Source: a virus. From it: 64,000 nucleotides of DNA. This document shows positions 39,909-51,817 of this stretch, in pieces. Each line of letters opens with the position of its first letter. Position 1 is the first letter of the stretch. The notes under the pieces were generated by a model. It saw nothing but the letters and a program-made list of their open reading frames with translations. It ran no database searches and had not been told where the DNA came from. The translations under genes were made by a program, and so were the position numbers. The stretch lies in IMG/VR virus record IMGVR_UViG_3300029286_000012; one strand, written 5' to 3'.

Positions 39909-42900
39909 GCCAGCAGAATATTGACTTTGGTACATTTCCAGATGATCCAGATGCGGATGCAATAAGAACGGCTTTTCAAAAAGTTCAACAAAACTTTGAT
40001 GAAATTTATGATTCAACAGCTAACGCCGCGGTATTATCAGTTAATCGCTCACAAGGTGCCGGCATAACAGTTAATGGACCTACTGGTAATGTTATTGTAA
40101 GTGCTAATATCGCTTCTATACAATTCAGCTCGGTAACACTAAAAGTAGGAACAAGTCCTAGTCCAACAACTAATACAGCATCATATACTAATTATAGTCA
40201 AACACTGTATATTGAAATCCCTAATAATTTATCTATTGGTAATATCACTGCTAATGGTTTTGTTTCTGCTACGGGTAATCTAACTGTAGCAAATGCTAAC
40301 TTAGGTAATTTAGCAACTGCTAATTTCTTCAGTGGTAGTGGTAATAATTTAAGTAATATCCAAGGTTCAAATGTTACCGGGACTGTAGGTAATGCTAACT
40401 TGGCAGGCACTGTAACAACTAATGCACAACCTAACATCACTAGCGTTGGTAATCTTACTAGTTTAGTTGTTAGTGGTAATATCACCCCTACCGCTAATAT
40501 TACATATGATTTAGGTAATAATACTAATCGTTTTAAAGACATTTACCTTGCAAATAGTACAATCTATTTAGGTAATGCTACAGTTCAAGCAAATGCAAAT
40601 GCATTGATATTAACCAATCCAATAGGTGGTCAATTAATTGTGTCGGGTAATGGTGCATCATACAGCAACTCTATTGTTAACGGAAATAGTAACGTTGATG
40701 TATATTTAGATAGTAACGTTGCTATTTCAGTAGCAGGTAATTCAAACGTTGTTATTGTAACCGGTAATAGTGTAAATGTTAATGGAACAATAAATTCTTC
40801 AAATGCTAATTTGGGAAATAGTGTTACAGCAAACTATTTTATTGGTAGTGGTGCAAACTTAACGAATATACCAGGTGCTAATATTACAGGTGCAATAGGT
40901 AATGCCAATGTTGCGGTAACAGTATCAGATAACGCACAACCTAATATTACAAGCACTGGCACATTAGCAAGTCTAAGTGTTTCAGGTAATGCTAATATTG
41001 GTAATATTGGTACTGGATTAATAACAGCAACTGGTAATTTAACTGGCGCTAATTTAATAACTGGTGGAACAATAAGTGCTACTGGAAACGCAAACGTTGG
41101 TAATATAGGAGCAGCCGCAGGTGTATTTACAACTATTGACGGATCTCTAACAACAGCCGCACAACCTAATATTACAAGCACTGGCACATTAGCAAGTCTA
41201 AGTGTTTCAGGTAATGCTAATATTGGTAATATTGGTACTGGATTAATAACAGCAACTGGTAATTTAACTGGCGCTAATTTAATAACTGGTGGATTAGTTA
41301 CCGCAACTGGTAATATCACCGGTGGTAATATTGATACTTCCGGAAATGTTTCTGGTGTAGGTAATGTCATTGGTGGTAATCTAACAACAGGTGGATTGGT
41401 TACTGCTATTGGTAATATCACCGGTGGTAATTTATTAACCGGCGGGATATTATCAGTTGGTGGTAATGCTAATGTAGGAAACATAGGTGGTAATAATGCA
41501 ATGTTTACCACACTAACCGGAACACTATCTACAGCCGCACAACCTAATGTCACAAGCACTGGCACATTAGCAAGTCTAAGTGTTTCAGGTAATGCAACAA
41601 TAACTAATTTATCAGTTACTGGAAATTTAAACGCAGGAGATATTATAGTCGGTTCTATTGCTAATGGAAATAGTAATGTTGATATTACTAACACAAACGG
41701 CAATGTAACTATAAGTGTGGATGGGGTTGCAAATGTTGCGACCTTCACATCTACCGGTGCAAATGTTACAGGTAATATTACTGCAGGTAATGTATCTGCA
41801 ACAACATTCACTGGTGCATTGACTGGGACGGCAACAAGTGCTAATACAGCAGGTACAGTAACATCTAATTCACAACCTAATGTCACAAGTTTAGGCACAT
41901 TAACAAGTTTAGCAGTTACAGGTAATATTAGTGCAGGTAATGTATCTGCAACAACATTCACTGGTGCACTAAGTGGCGCGGCAACAACAGCAGGTACCGT
42001 AACAACTGCGGCACAACCAAATATTACCAGTACAGGTACGCTAACTTCATTAGCAGTTACAGGTAATATTAGTGCAGGTAATGTATCTGCAACAACATTC
42101 ACTGGTGCACTAAGTGGCGCGGCAACAACAGCAGGCACAGTAACAACTAATTCACAACCCAATATTACAAGTTTAGGCACACTGACTGGTTTAACTGTTA
42201 ACGGTACTGCTAATTTAGGTTCAGTCAGTAACATTAAAATTGCAGGTACTACAGGATTCTTGCAAAGTGATGGTAACGGTAATTTATCGTTTGCTTCTGC
42301 TATTATTCAATCTATCCCGGGTGCGGCAAATACAGTATTATTATCAAATGGTGCAAACAACATTATTGCCTCTGGAAACATTAAATTCAATGATCCACAA
42401 TTAGATATTACAGGTAATTTATCTGTTACTGGCAACGCAAACGTAGGTAACATTGGTGCTACTAATATTGTAGGAACATTGACAACAAATGCACAAAATA
42501 ACATCACAAGTTTAGGTACTTTAACAAGTCTTGCGATTGGTGGTAATTTAAATTCAAACTCTAATATTGTATTAAACAACGTTAATGCTAATATTAGCAC
42601 ATTGGGTAATATGACTGCTAACGTGTATTTTGGTAATGGTAGTCAATTAACTGGCATTACAGTGGGTGCCGGCTCAAGTATTGTTAATGGTAATAGTAAT
42701 GTTACTGTTAATGCTAATAGTAGTGTAACTATTAGTGCTATAGGAACACCTAACGTAGTTATCATAACGAACACAAGTGCTAATATTACAGGAAATTTAA
42801 GTGTCTCTGGTAATATTACTGCTGGTAATGTTACTGGAAACGTTAGTGGTAGCGCAACTACTGCAGGTACAGTAACAACTAATGCACAACCAAATATTAC

Positions 42901-45229
42901 AAGTACAGGTACATTAGCAAGTTTAAGTGTATCCGGTAACATAACCGGTGGTAACTTAGTAACCGGTGGTGCAGTAAGTGCTACTGGTAATGGCACATTT
43001 GGTAATGTGTCTGCTACTACGTTTACAGGTTCATTAAGTGGTGTGGCTACAAGTGCCACTACAGCAGGCACGGTAACAACTGCGGCTCAACCAAACATAA
43101 CATCAGTTGGTACACTAACAAGTTTATCAGTATCAGGCAATATTGCGGCAGGTAATGTAAGTGCTACAACATTCACTGGTGCATTAACTGGTCTTGCATC
43201 AAGTGCAACAGTAGCGGCGTCGGCTAACTCAGTAGCCGGCGCTAATGTATCCGGTGCAGTTGGGTTAGCTACGTTTGCAACAACAGCCAACGCAGTAGCC
43301 GGTGCTAATGTATCCGGTACTGTCGCTTTAGCTACAAGTGCAACAACTGCAGGTACTGTAACAACTGCGGCTCAACCTAATATTACATCAGTTGGTACAT
43401 TAACAAGTTTAGCAGTTACTGGTAACATCAGTGCTGGTAACGTAAGTGCCACAACATTTACTGGGGCATTAAGTGGTGCGGCAACTAGTGCTACTACAGC
43501 CGGTACCGTAACGACTGCGGCACAGCCAAATATTACAAGTACAGGTACATTAACAAGTGTTAGTGTAACAGGTAACGTAACTGCAGGTAATTTAGTAACA
43601 GCTGGTATATTAAGTGTTACTGGCACTGGCGTAAGCTCCATTGCTGGTAACTTAGATATGACCAGTAACAATATTGTTAATCTTGCTACACCAGTTAATG
43701 ATGCAGATGCGGCAACCAAAGCATATGTAGATACAGTAGCACAAGGTCTTGATACTAAAGCAAGTGTTGTAGCCGCAACTACAGTTAATATTACATTGAC
43801 CGGCGCACAAACTATTGATGGTGTATCTATTGTAGCCGGTGATAGAGTATTAGTTAAAAATCAAACAGCACCTGCAGAAAATGGTTTGTATCTATGTGCC
43901 GCAGGTTCATGGACACGAACAACAGATATGGCAACTTGGGCACAAGTTCCAGGAGCATATGTATTCGTTGAAACAGGAACTACTCAAGCAGACACTGGTT
44001 GGGTATGCACATCAAATGCAGGTGGAACAATTGGTGTAACCGCAATGACTTGGGCACAGTTTAGTGGTGCAGGAAGTTACACAGCAGGAACAGGTTTAAC
44101 GTTAACTGGTAGTGTATTCAGTGTGAATGTTGCTCAAACACAAATCACTTCAGTTGGTACATTAACAAGTTTATCAGTATCGGGTAACATCAATGCCGGT
44201 AATGTAAGTGCTACAACATTCACTGGTGCGCTAACAGGTCTTGCATCTAGTGCAACAGTAGCGGCAAGTGCTAACTCAGTAGCAGGTGGTAATGTATCTG
44301 GGCAAGTATCTAATGCATTAGTTGCAGGTACTGTTTATACTGCGGCTCAACCAAACATTACTTCATTAGGAACTCTAAGTTCATTGAGTGTATCAGGTAA
44401 TGCTAACGTAGGTAATATAGGTGCTACTAATGGTGTGTTCACAAATGTTTCTGGTAATGGTTCATCATTAACTTCTATCAATGGGGCTAACGTAACAGGC
44501 AATGTAGGGAACGCATTAAATGCATATGCAGTAGCTGGCGCCAATGTATCTGGTGCAGTTGCTTTTGCAACCACAGCTAATAGTGTAGCCGGCGGTAATG
44601 TAAGCGGTACTGTTGCTAATGCAACATTTGCAACAAGTGCAGGTAGTGCAACAACCGCCGGTACAGTAACAACAGCGGCTCAACCAAATATAACAAGTAC
44701 AGGTACATTAACAAGTTTAACTGTATCCGGTGCAACATCTGTAACGGGTAACTCTGCATTAACAACTACTAACTTGACTAGTGGTGCCAATACTACGGCA
44801 GGTTATATTACAGGAACTTGGACATTAACTACTGGTTCTAAACTAAATGCTACATATGCTGACTTAGCAGAAAAATATGTTGCTGATGCAGATTATCTTC
44901 CAGGCACAGTTTTGGTCTTTGGCGGTGAACACGAAGTTACATTATCAACAACTTCAGATTCATTTAGAGTTGCAGGAGTTGTAACGACTAATCCAGCATA
45001 TACTATGAACAATGATTGTCTGGGAGAACTTATTGCTACTATTGCACTGCAAGGTCGTGTACCAGTTAAAGTAATTGGCCCAGTCTTCAAAGGCGATTTA
45101 CTAGTATCAAGTGACAATGGTCACGCTATTGCTAATAATATAGCACGTGCGGGAACCATCATTGGTAAATCACTAGAAAATTTTACAGATACCTCAGGTG
45201 TTATTGAAGTAGCAGTGGGTCGTTTCTAA
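39905..45229 (+). CDS. Long tail fibre-like repeat protein with C-terminal peptidase G2-type chaperone domain
   Basis: N-terminal [14 protein letters not shown]; many [15 protein letters not shown] repeats; DAATKAYVD...[10 protein letters not shown] domain; ADLAEKY...EVAVGRF. Confidence 0.8.
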   Translation: MSQQNIDFGTFPDDPDADAIRTAFQKVQQNFDEIYDSTANAAVLSVNRSQGAGITVNGPTGNVIVSANIASIQFSSVTLKVGTSPSPTTNTASYTNYSQTLYIEIPNNLSIGNITANGFVSATGNLTVANANLGNLATANFFSGSGNNLSNIQGSNVTGTVGNANLAGTVTTNAQPNITSVGNLTSLVVSGNITPTANITYDLGNNTNRFKDIYLANSTIYLGNATVQANANALILTNPIGGQLIVSGNGASYSNSIVNGNSNVDVYLDSNVAISVAGNSNVVIVTGNSVNVNGTINSSNANLGNSVTANYFIGSGANLTNIPGANITGAIGNANVAVTVSDNAQPNITSTGTLASLSVSGNANIGNIGTGLITATGNLTGANLITGGTISATGNANVGNIGAAAGVFTTIDGSLTTAAQPNITSTGTLASLSVSGNANIGNIGTGLITATGNLTGANLITGGLVTATGNITGGNIDTSGNVSGVGNVIGGNLTTGGLVTAIGNITGGNLLTGGILSVGGNANVGNIGGNNAMFTTLTGTLSTAAQPNVTSTGTLASLSVSGNATITNLSVTGNLNAGDIIVGSIANGNSNVDITNTNGNVTISVDGVANVATFTSTGANVTGNITAGNVSATTFTGALTGTATSANTAGTVTSNSQPNVTSLGTLTSLAVTGNISAGNVSATTFTGALSGAATTAGTVTTAAQPNITSTGTLTSLAVTGNISAGNVSATTFTGALSGAATTAGTVTTNSQPNITSLGTLTGLTVNGTANLGSVSNIKIAGTTGFLQSDGNGNLSFASAIIQSIPGAANTVLLSNGANNIIASGNIKFNDPQLDITGNLSVTGNANVGNIGATNIVGTLTTNAQNNITSLGTLTSLAIGGNLNSNSNIVLNNVNANISTLGNMTANVYFGNGSQLTGITVGAGSSIVNGNSNVTVNANSSVTISAIGTPNVVIITNTSANITGNLSVSGNITAGNVTGNVSGSATTAGTVTTNAQPNITSTGTLASLSVSGNITGGNLVTGGAVSATGNGTFGNVSATTFTGSLSGVATSATTAGTVTTAAQPNITSVGTLTSLSVSGNIAAGNVSATTFTGALTGLASSATVAASANSVAGANVSGAVGLATFATTANAVAGANVSGTVALATSATTAGTVTTAAQPNITSVGTLTSLAVTGNISAGNVSATTFTGALSGAATSATTAGTVTTAAQPNITSTGTLTSVSVTGNVTAGNLVTAGILSVTGTGVSSIAGNLDMTSNNIVNLATPVNDADAATKAYVDTVAQGLDTKASVVAATTVNITLTGAQTIDGVSIVAGDRVLVKNQTAPAENGLYLCAAGSWTRTTDMATWAQVPGAYVFVETGTTQADTGWVCTSNAGGTIGVTAMTWAQFSGAGSYTAGTGLTLTGSVFSVNVAQTQITSVGTLTSLSVSGNINAGNVSATTFTGALTGLASSATVAASANSVAGGNVSGQVSNALVAGTVYTAAQPNITSLGTLSSLSVSGNANVGNIGATNGVFTNVSGNGSSLTSINGANVTGNVGNALNAYAVAGANVSGAVAFATTANSVAGGNVSGTVANATFATSAGSATTAGTVTTAAQPNITSTGTLTSLTVSGATSVTGNSALTTTNLTSGANTTAGYITGTWTLTTGSKLNATYADLAEKYVADADYLPGTVLVFGGEHEVTLSTTSDSFRVAGVVTTNPAYTMNNDCLGELIATIALQGRVPVKVIGPVFKGDLLVSSDNGHAIANNIARAGTIIGKSLENFTDTSGVIEVAVGRF
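40933..41293 (+). repeat. 136-bp perfect in-frame repeat (40933-41068 / 41158-41293)
   Basis: Identical copies 225 bp apart. Confidence 0.85.
41909..42135 (+). repeat. 86-bp perfect in-frame repeat (41909-41994 / 42050-42135)
   Basis: Identical copies 141 bp apart. Confidence 0.85.
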
Positions 45230-45243
45230 TAAAGGGAAATTAA

Positions 45244-45867
45244 ATGGTAACGATAGAATTATTAACAGCAATGTGTCCAAAAACAAGACGCTCTACGTTA
45301 GAGGGTTTTGTTGAGCCACTAAACACAGTAGCAGAATACTACGAGATGTTTGAGAACCCACGCAGAGTTGCAGGCTTCTTAGCACAAATTGCACACGAAA
45401 GTGGTGGATTTAATGCTGTAGTTGAAAACTTAAATTATAGTGCTAAAGGATTGATGGGTACATTTAAAAAGTATTTTCCTAACGAAGAACTAGCAAAGCA
45501 ATATGAACGCAAGCCAGAAATGATTGCCAATCGTGTTTATGCTAATCGTATGAAGAACGGTGACGAATATAGTGGTGACGGCTTTAGGTTCAGAGGTCGT
45601 GGATTGATTCAGTTGACCGGTCGTGATAATTATACACGTTTTGCAGAAGCATTAGATATGAGTTTAGAAGATACAGTTAGATATTTAGAAACTCCAAATG
45701 GTGCTGTTGCAAGTGCTGGTTGGTTTTGGGATAACAATAAACTAAATCAGTTCTGTGACCGTGATGACTTTATCACATTAACAAAACGTATCAACGGTGG
45801 AATAATTGGATTAGAAGATAGAAAACATCACTATCATTTAGCACTAGAACATTTGGGCGCACATTAA
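45244..45867 (+). CDS. Glycoside hydrolase family 19 endolysin
   Basis: FLAQIAHESGG, ENLNYS, FRGRGLIQLTGRDNY, TKRINGG. Confidence 0.92.
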   Translation: MVTIELLTAMCPKTRRSTLEGFVEPLNTVAEYYEMFENPRRVAGFLAQIAHESGGFNAVVENLNYSAKGLMGTFKKYFPNEELAKQYERKPEMIANRVYANRMKNGDEYSGDGFRFRGRGLIQLTGRDNYTRFAEALDMSLEDTVRYLETPNGAVASAGWFWDNNKLNQFCDRDDFITLTKRINGGIIGLEDRKHHYHLALEHLGAH

Positions 45868-45868
45868 T

Positions 45869-48343
45869 ATGGCACAACCAGTATGGAATACCCCTGCAGG
45901 ATCGATAGGAAGTTTTCCTGCATTATTGCCAATGGCATTTCAATTATCAGCAAGTGCAGTATTACCGGCTTCAAATGTAAATTACACTTTACTAAGTGGA
46001 TCATTACCTAGTGGACTAAGCATTAATGAAGATGGATTGATATCAGGTACACCTACGCTTGTAACCGGGAATACATTGTCTACTTTTGCTGTTAGAGTTA
46101 CTGATAATTTACAAAATATTAGGGATAGAACTTTCTCAATTAACATTTCAGGTTCTGCGATACCGCAATTTACTACGCCCAATGGAAGTTTAATAAGCAC
46201 CTTAGATAGTTTATGGATAAGTATTCCAGTTACATATACTAATCCTAGCACAAGTAATCCCGTAATAGTACAGGTTAAAGAAGGCGCATTGCCACCTGGA
46301 TTAGAAATTGATTTGTTGGGTAATATACGTGGATATGCAACACCACCTATAATAACATTAACTTCACCGTCAGTTATAACTACTGCATCAGATACCACAA
46401 GCTCTACTAACTTAATTACAGTTACATCAACTGTGGGATTTACTATAGGTAGAGCAGTCGTATTCAGTGGAACTACGTTTGGTGATATTAACACTGGTCA
46501 GCAATATTTTGTCAAGTCAATACCCTCATCAACTACATTTACAATTACCTCAACACAAAATGGACCTGAATTAATATTAACGACTGGTTCAGGGTCAATG
46601 ACTGTTACACTACCTACATCATCTACTGGTACCCCTACAATAAGAACATATACTTTTGCATTAGAACTTACCAGTCCCTTAGGCGGAGACATTGGTAATT
46701 ATTCTATAACTGTTATTAATCAAAATACCCCCACAAGTCAGGGTGGACCAGGCAGATTGCCTAATACTAGAGAACCGGTCATATTAAACACAAGACCACT
46801 AACGTTTAATTTAACTAATGATGATCCATACTATGGATATTATATATTGCCACCAGTTGCCCCTAGTCAATCTGCATTTATGGGTAACTTTCAAAGTGGC
46901 GAATATTTTGCATTTAAAATCATAGGCAATGACTTTGATGGAAACCCCATATCATATAATTACTCCGGATTGCCTATAGGATTAACCGGTGATGTTCAAA
47001 CTGGTTGGATAACCGGAACCCCCGCATTAGCAACCACAGGCATAAGTAGTTATAATTTTAGTGTAGGTGTTTATAAATCTGATAACCCTATATATGCAAG
47101 TCCTTTCTTTAACTTCACATATAACTTACAGAAAGAAATTACAGGTACTGTATCTTGGATAAGTGATAGTGACTTGGGACAAATATTTAATGGTACTATC
47201 AGTACATTGTTTGTTAGAGCAGTAAGTGATGTTGAATTAAGTTATAGATTAACAAGTGGTAGTTTGCCACCAAATCTAAGTATTTCAAGTAACGGAGAAA
47301 TTATAGGAAGAGTTGCTGACCAGCCAACTAGTACATATTTAGAACAAAATTCAACAACAGATTTTACATTTACAGTTCAAGCATACAGTGCAGAATTTCC
47401 TGTAATAGGCTCATCTAAATCGTTCACATTAACCGTGTTACAAGAATTCGATCAACCAACAGATACGTTGTACATTCAAGCTACACCTTCACTTAATGAT
47501 AGGCAAATACTTTCTACATTGTTAAACAATACTGAATTGATACCAACTGATTCATTGTATAGAAGTAACGACCAATATTTTGGTAAGGCATCAAGTGTTA
47601 TATATGAACACGCTTATGGCATATATGCAAGTGATATTGAAGAATATCTATCTGCTGTCACACAAAATCATTACTGGAGAAATATTACTCTAGGTGAATT
47701 AAAAACTGCTGTTGCAAAAAATAGTGCTGGTGAAATAATTTATGAAGTTGTTTACAGTGAAGTAATTGATAACTTAGTTAATCCATCAGGTATAAGCATA
47801 CAGCAAGAAATAGTTTGGCCAAGACCCATTGATTTGGGATTAGGGCCATGGTATACAAGTATTACTGATATCTATACTAGTTACAGCGACATATTAGGAC
47901 AAGAATACTATACCAGTTTAACACCGGGCTTTGCAAGAGTATTGTATCCAAACAGTTTATACAATATGCGTAATCGTGTGGCACAGGTTGTGGGTCAAGT
48001 AACGCAAAGTACATTATTACCATTATGGATGACAAGTCAACAGGCTAACGGTAGCACGTTGGGATATACACAAGCTTGGGTTATATGTTATACTAAGCCA
48101 GGACTAGCGAATATTATTAAAACTAACATTGAAACTAATTGGCCGTACACACTAAATCAAATTAATTTCCAAATCGACAGGTTCAGTGTAGATAAGAGTG
48201 TAACTTATAACTATAACAATAGAACGGTACCTGCTAGTTGGTCTGAATTGCCAAGTGCAACACCTACTCCCGATCCATTGAACAGCAAAGATTTCTATGT
48301 TTTATTCCCTAGACAAACAATTTTACCGAATGAAACTCAATAA
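45869..48343 (+). CDS. Baseplate-associated protein with putative Ig (He_PIG-like) domains
   Basis: Repeated SGSLPSGL..G.I.GTP motifs; LPLWM. Confidence 0.7.
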   Translation: MAQPVWNTPAGSIGSFPALLPMAFQLSASAVLPASNVNYTLLSGSLPSGLSINEDGLISGTPTLVTGNTLSTFAVRVTDNLQNIRDRTFSINISGSAIPQFTTPNGSLISTLDSLWISIPVTYTNPSTSNPVIVQVKEGALPPGLEIDLLGNIRGYATPPIITLTSPSVITTASDTTSSTNLITVTSTVGFTIGRAVVFSGTTFGDINTGQQYFVKSIPSSTTFTITSTQNGPELILTTGSGSMTVTLPTSSTGTPTIRTYTFALELTSPLGGDIGNYSITVINQNTPTSQGGPGRLPNTREPVILNTRPLTFNLTNDDPYYGYYILPPVAPSQSAFMGNFQSGEYFAFKIIGNDFDGNPISYNYSGLPIGLTGDVQTGWITGTPALATTGISSYNFSVGVYKSDNPIYASPFFNFTYNLQKEITGTVSWISDSDLGQIFNGTISTLFVRAVSDVELSYRLTSGSLPPNLSISSNGEIIGRVADQPTSTYLEQNSTTDFTFTVQAYSAEFPVIGSSKSFTLTVLQEFDQPTDTLYIQATPSLNDRQILSTLLNNTELIPTDSLYRSNDQYFGKASSVIYEHAYGIYASDIEEYLSAVTQNHYWRNITLGELKTAVAKNSAGEIIYEVVYSEVIDNLVNPSGISIQQEIVWPRPIDLGLGPWYTSITDIYTSYSDILGQEYYTSLTPGFARVLYPNSLYNMRNRVAQVVGQVTQSTLLPLWMTSQQANGSTLGYTQAWVICYTKPGLANIIKTNIETNWPYTLNQINFQIDRFSVDKSVTYNYNNRTVPASWSELPSATPTPDPLNSKDFYVLFPRQTILPNETQ

Positions 48344-48367
48344 CTAAATACTAGACGGAAAACGAAT

Positions 48368-49399
48368 ATGAGTCAAATAAACACAAATGGAATAAATGTA
48401 AATTATCCTGTACCCGGCGTTAACAATAACAGCCAAGGGTTTAGAGATAACTTTGCCGCAATTAGAACTAATCTGAATACTGCTAGTACAGAAATTACAG
48501 ATTTACAAAACAATGTAGTGGTTAAATCTGCACTAGCCAATACGGTTGTAGATAACAATATGGCTAACACATTGATTAGCAATGCATTGACACGTAGCTT
48601 CAGAGCTAGTAGTTATAATTTGGGTAACAATATTTCTAATTCAATTGTTATCAATGCTAGTTTGGGTGATGTACAATATGGAACTATCTCTGGTAATACC
48701 ACTATTCAGTTTGCAGGTTGGGCACCAGCTGGAACACAAAGTAATCTTCAATTACAATTGAATATCGCATCAAACTCTAATCCAGTTATATCATTACCCA
48801 CACAAGTATCAATTGCAGGTACGTATGGAGTAAAAACTGTTGAAAACTTTAGTAACGCAAATGGTATACCAACTCTAACAGTGCCATATGGTGTTGACCA
48901 ATTAGCATTTAGATTAAGCACATTAGATTGCGGTAACAATATCACAATCGAACCGTTTAATTTGCCTAGACAAACTATGCAGATTCAACAACGCACTCCT
49001 GCCCCAACAGGCTTTCAAGGTGATGTAGCTGGAACAGTATCAGTAGATGCAAATTATGTATATGTATGTACTGACTCATATAATTCTATAGCCAATACTG
49101 TATATGTAACAGCTACTACCACAACTAGTAACAAAGTTACGATTGACAATACTGCCAAAGTTACTGCTAATGATCCTATTATTTTATCATCGAATATAGG
49201 TGGGTTGATTGCTAATACAGTTTATTATGTAGTAGGAATAGCAGATTCAGGAGCACCGGGAAATATATCTGTCAGTGCGACTAGAACAAGTGGTACAGCA
49301 GGGGCCAATGTGGCATTAAGCAATGCATCCGGAAACATATCATCAGTATCTTACAATGGTACTGATATCTGGAAAAGAATTCAACTAACTTCTTGGTAA
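48368..49399 (+). CDS. Baseplate/tail structural protein
   Basis: YPVPG.NNNSQGFRDNF N-terminus; YVYVC, WKR C-terminus. Confidence 0.65.
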   Translation: MSQINTNGINVNYPVPGVNNNSQGFRDNFAAIRTNLNTASTEITDLQNNVVVKSALANTVVDNNMANTLISNALTRSFRASSYNLGNNISNSIVINASLGDVQYGTISGNTTIQFAGWAPAGTQSNLQLQLNIASNSNPVISLPTQVSIAGTYGVKTVENFSNANGIPTLTVPYGVDQLAFRLSTLDCGNNITIEPFNLPRQTMQIQQRTPAPTGFQGDVAGTVSVDANYVYVCTDSYNSIANTVYVTATTTTSNKVTIDNTAKVTANDPIILSSNIGGLIANTVYYVVGIADSGAPGNISVSATRTSGTAGANVALSNASGNISSVSYNGTDIWKRIQLTSW

Positions 49400-49411
49400 T
49401 AAATACTAGGG

Positions 49412-49651
49412 ATGCAACATCCTTTTATAAACAATCTGTCTGACAAGTCTCTTGAGGACTTGCAGACCAGTATTACCGATCTAATGAAAAAACTTAACTT
49501 TGCATACAGTATGCAGAACGGCCCTATGATCCATCAAATTTCTATGGTACTTGAAAGCTATAAAGCTGAACATAATAAAAAAATGGATGAGATTATGAAA
49601 AAACAAAATATTCAAACAACAGTTAGTGTTGAAAAAGAGAGCAAAAAATGA
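49412..49651 (+). CDS. Hypothetical protein
   Basis: TAAATA 6 nt before ATG. Confidence 0.65.
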   Translation: MQHPFINNLSDKSLEDLQTSITDLMKKLNFAYSMQNGPMIHQISMVLESYKAEHNKKMDEIMKKQNIQTTVSVEKESKK

Positions 49652-50244
49652 CTACCAGAGTTAAACGAGAATTTAATTTTGTAGCCGGAATCTGGCTAGA
49701 GGGAGAATATCAGATTGGAATGTACTCGTTCATATTGTTCCTTGAAATAGTAACAGATGACCCGTATGAACAATCCGTGGCACTGGAAAGAATGAAATAC
49801 TTTATTGATGAGGTTGCTACTAACAGCATCTTTATAGAAGCCAGTGATAAGAAAACTATAGATACATTTACCGGATTAGGTATGAAAGTAGGTGTGCTAC
49901 CATTAGAACCATATGACCAAACACTGGCAATAGCACTATTATTAAAAATGAATGCTATAACTGAAAATAAATTGAATATCACACACATAACGTTTAAATC
50001 ACAATTGAGTGATGATGTTGAATATTTGATTGACATTGAAGATGAATTTGAACCTTTTGTTAGTAAAGATAATTGGTGGAATGATAGTGGTTCAAATATG
50101 AGTAATAATAAAAAATCAAATAAAAAAGATAAAATTGTTAAACTTCATAAAGACAATGAATGGACAGAGTTAGATTTGGGTTGGAAACACGTATGTAAGC
50201 CCGAAGCAAGTGAAATTATATTCACATTGGATACGGACAAATAA
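49648..50244 (+). CDS. Hypothetical protein
   Basis: ATGA overlap, 198 aa. Confidence 0.65.
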   Translation: MTTRVKREFNFVAGIWLEGEYQIGMYSFILFLEIVTDDPYEQSVALERMKYFIDEVATNSIFIEASDKKTIDTFTGLGMKVGVLPLEPYDQTLAIALLLKMNAITENKLNITHITFKSQLSDDVEYLIDIEDEFEPFVSKDNWWNDSGSNMSNNKKSNKKDKIVKLHKDNEWTELDLGWKHVCKPEASEIIFTLDTDK

Positions 50245-50292
50245 CTATCCAAAGTTGTTGTGTCCTAGTATAATTTGTGTTATAATACACAA

Positions 50293-50799
50293 ATGAAGTC
50301 AGATATTTACGGTCAACAAATTTTTACTGAAGCAGATTTATGTTTATTATATTTGCAAGACCCATTACGCACAATAAAATATGCCTTTGTAGAAAAAGAT
50401 ATCAATTTTGACGATATTCTACAATTAGAAACTACACCTAAACTTGTAAAATATGTTGATCCAAAAACTTCATTAGAAGATTTTGACAATAACAATCAAT
50501 CAAACTGGCATTTACCCATCGAATATTTAAATATGGATATTGCCAAATATGTATTAGACAAGTGCAATACTGAAGCAGAATTGCAACGTGCAGGGGAAGA
50601 ACTAATTAAGTTCCAAGAACGTGAGATGTTTATACTGTTAAAATATCTAAAGTATTTGGTCGACACTATGCGTAGTAATAATATTGTATGGGGTGTAGGT
50701 CGAGGTTCTAGTGTAGCAAGTTTTGTATTGTTTTTACTAGAAATACACCGTATAAATAGTTTGTACTATGACTTGTCTATAGATGAGTTTTTAAAATAA
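50293..50799 (+). CDS. dnaE: DNA polymerase III alpha-like, N-terminal half of a split minimal DnaE
   Basis: LKYLVDTMR...WGVGRGSSVASFVLFLLEIHRINSLYYDLSIDEFLK; TG-T-TATAAT (50281-50286) favours start 50293. Confidence 0.85.
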   Translation: MKSDIYGQQIFTEADLCLLYLQDPLRTIKYAFVEKDINFDDILQLETTPKLVKYVDPKTSLEDFDNNNQSNWHLPIEYLNMDIAKYVLDKCNTEAELQRAGEELIKFQEREMFILLKYLKYLVDTMRSNNIVWGVGRGSSVASFVLFLLEIHRINSLYYDLSIDEFLK

Positions 50800-50808
50800 G
50801 GAAACAAA

Positions 50809-51150
50809 ATGAAAAATTACAGATCCGCAATGGGAAAAACAATTGATATGGCTGCATTAGCCTCACGCAATGAGCATACAAGAGCAGTTGGTAATATGCG
50901 TGTTAATGCTAGGGGTGACACAATTGATGCTACTGGTAGAATTATTAAACCAGTAACTGACAAAGTAAATGAAGCCTATAGTAAAACTGTAGGAAATAAA
51001 TCGGCACAGGTTACAAAAAGACCTGTTACACCTAAACCACAATTCAAAGAAGAACTTACTCCGGCAGAAATTGAATTAGAAGAAAGTTTTGAAGATGATA
51101 TTGAAGTGGAAAAAATTAAAGCAGAAGAAATTAAAAAAGGAAAAAAATGA
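50809..51150 (+). CDS. Hypothetical protein
   Basis: AVGNMRVNARGD motif; AAGGA RBS. Confidence 0.65.
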   Translation: MKNYRSAMGKTIDMAALASRNEHTRAVGNMRVNARGDTIDATGRIIKPVTDKVNEAYSKTVGNKSAQVTKRPVTPKPQFKEELTPAEIELEESFEDDIEVEKIKAEEIKKGKK

Positions 51151-51524
51151 ACAAATATAGTAAACCAGCGTTTAGTCCTACAAAAGTTGACAAATTAACC
51201 TTCTTTAAGGACCACATTATTGTATCCGATATGAAGTTTGATGAGCGTATCACAGCTGGTGGAATTATTTTAATGGATGACGACAAGAAAAGTTCTGGCA
51301 TTCGACCACGTTGGGCAAAGATTTATGGATTGGGTCCTGATGTGAAGGATCCGGAACTACAAATCGGTAAGTACATCCTCATTAGTCACGGACGTTGGAC
51401 ACGGGGTATTACAGTTGAAACACCAGAGGGCAAACAGACGTTGCGTAAAGTCGATCCTAATGATATACTATTGATATCGGATGAGCCGATGTATGATGAA
51501 ACAATTAGCGACAAGGTATACTAA
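51147..51524 (+). CDS. groES: Co-chaperonin GroES-like
   Basis: DHIIV...ERITAGGIIL mobile loop, GLGPD. Confidence 0.8.
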   Translation: MNKYSKPAFSPTKVDKLTFFKDHIIVSDMKFDERITAGGIILMDDDKKSSGIRPRWAKIYGLGPDVKDPELQIGKYILISHGRWTRGITVETPEGKQTLRKVDPNDILLISDEPMYDETISDKVY

Positions 51525-51817
51525 TGATAAACTGGTTTAGACAAAAATTACATAACTTTATATTCCCCCAGGATACCAATGAGTTAGTAGAAACTAAAAC
51601 TCATAGAGGGCGTGCCCTTATTAGTAGAGGGTCACAACTTGATAATAGAGGAATGAATTTTACAATCCATATGGCTAATGGCGGCTATGTGTTAGAGTAT
51701 TCAACTTACAACGATAAGACAGACAGACACGATAATGCATTACACATTATTAACTCTGATACAGATTTAGGTCAAGGTATCGCACACATCATCACACTTG
51801 AAATGTTAAGAAAATGA
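51524..51817 (+). CDS. Hypothetical protein
   Basis: ANGGYVLE; coupled start. Confidence 0.6.
   Translation: MINWFRQKLHNFIFPQDTNELVETKTHRGRALISRGSQLDNRGMNFTIHMANGGYVLEYSTYNDKTDRHDNALHIINSDTDLGQGIAHIITLEMLRK

Noticed and set aside
40198-45117. Long antisense ORFs (e.g. 40834..42234, 466 aa) over the fibre gene
   Set aside because: Shadow frames of G/N/T/A/V-rich repeats whose codon use avoids reverse-strand stops; no RBS or promoter
39905-45229. Possible CRISPR array or DGR template/variable repeats
   Set aside because: Repeats are in-frame coding duplications with no spacer structure, no adenine-specific mismatch pattern noticed and no reverse transcriptase in the window
50790-50799. T TTA AAA slippery-like heptamer at the end of the DnaE N-half (similar T TTA AAG at the helicase end)
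   Set aside because: No downstream stimulator and the -1 frame does not join a meaningful ORF; expected by chance in AT-rich DNA
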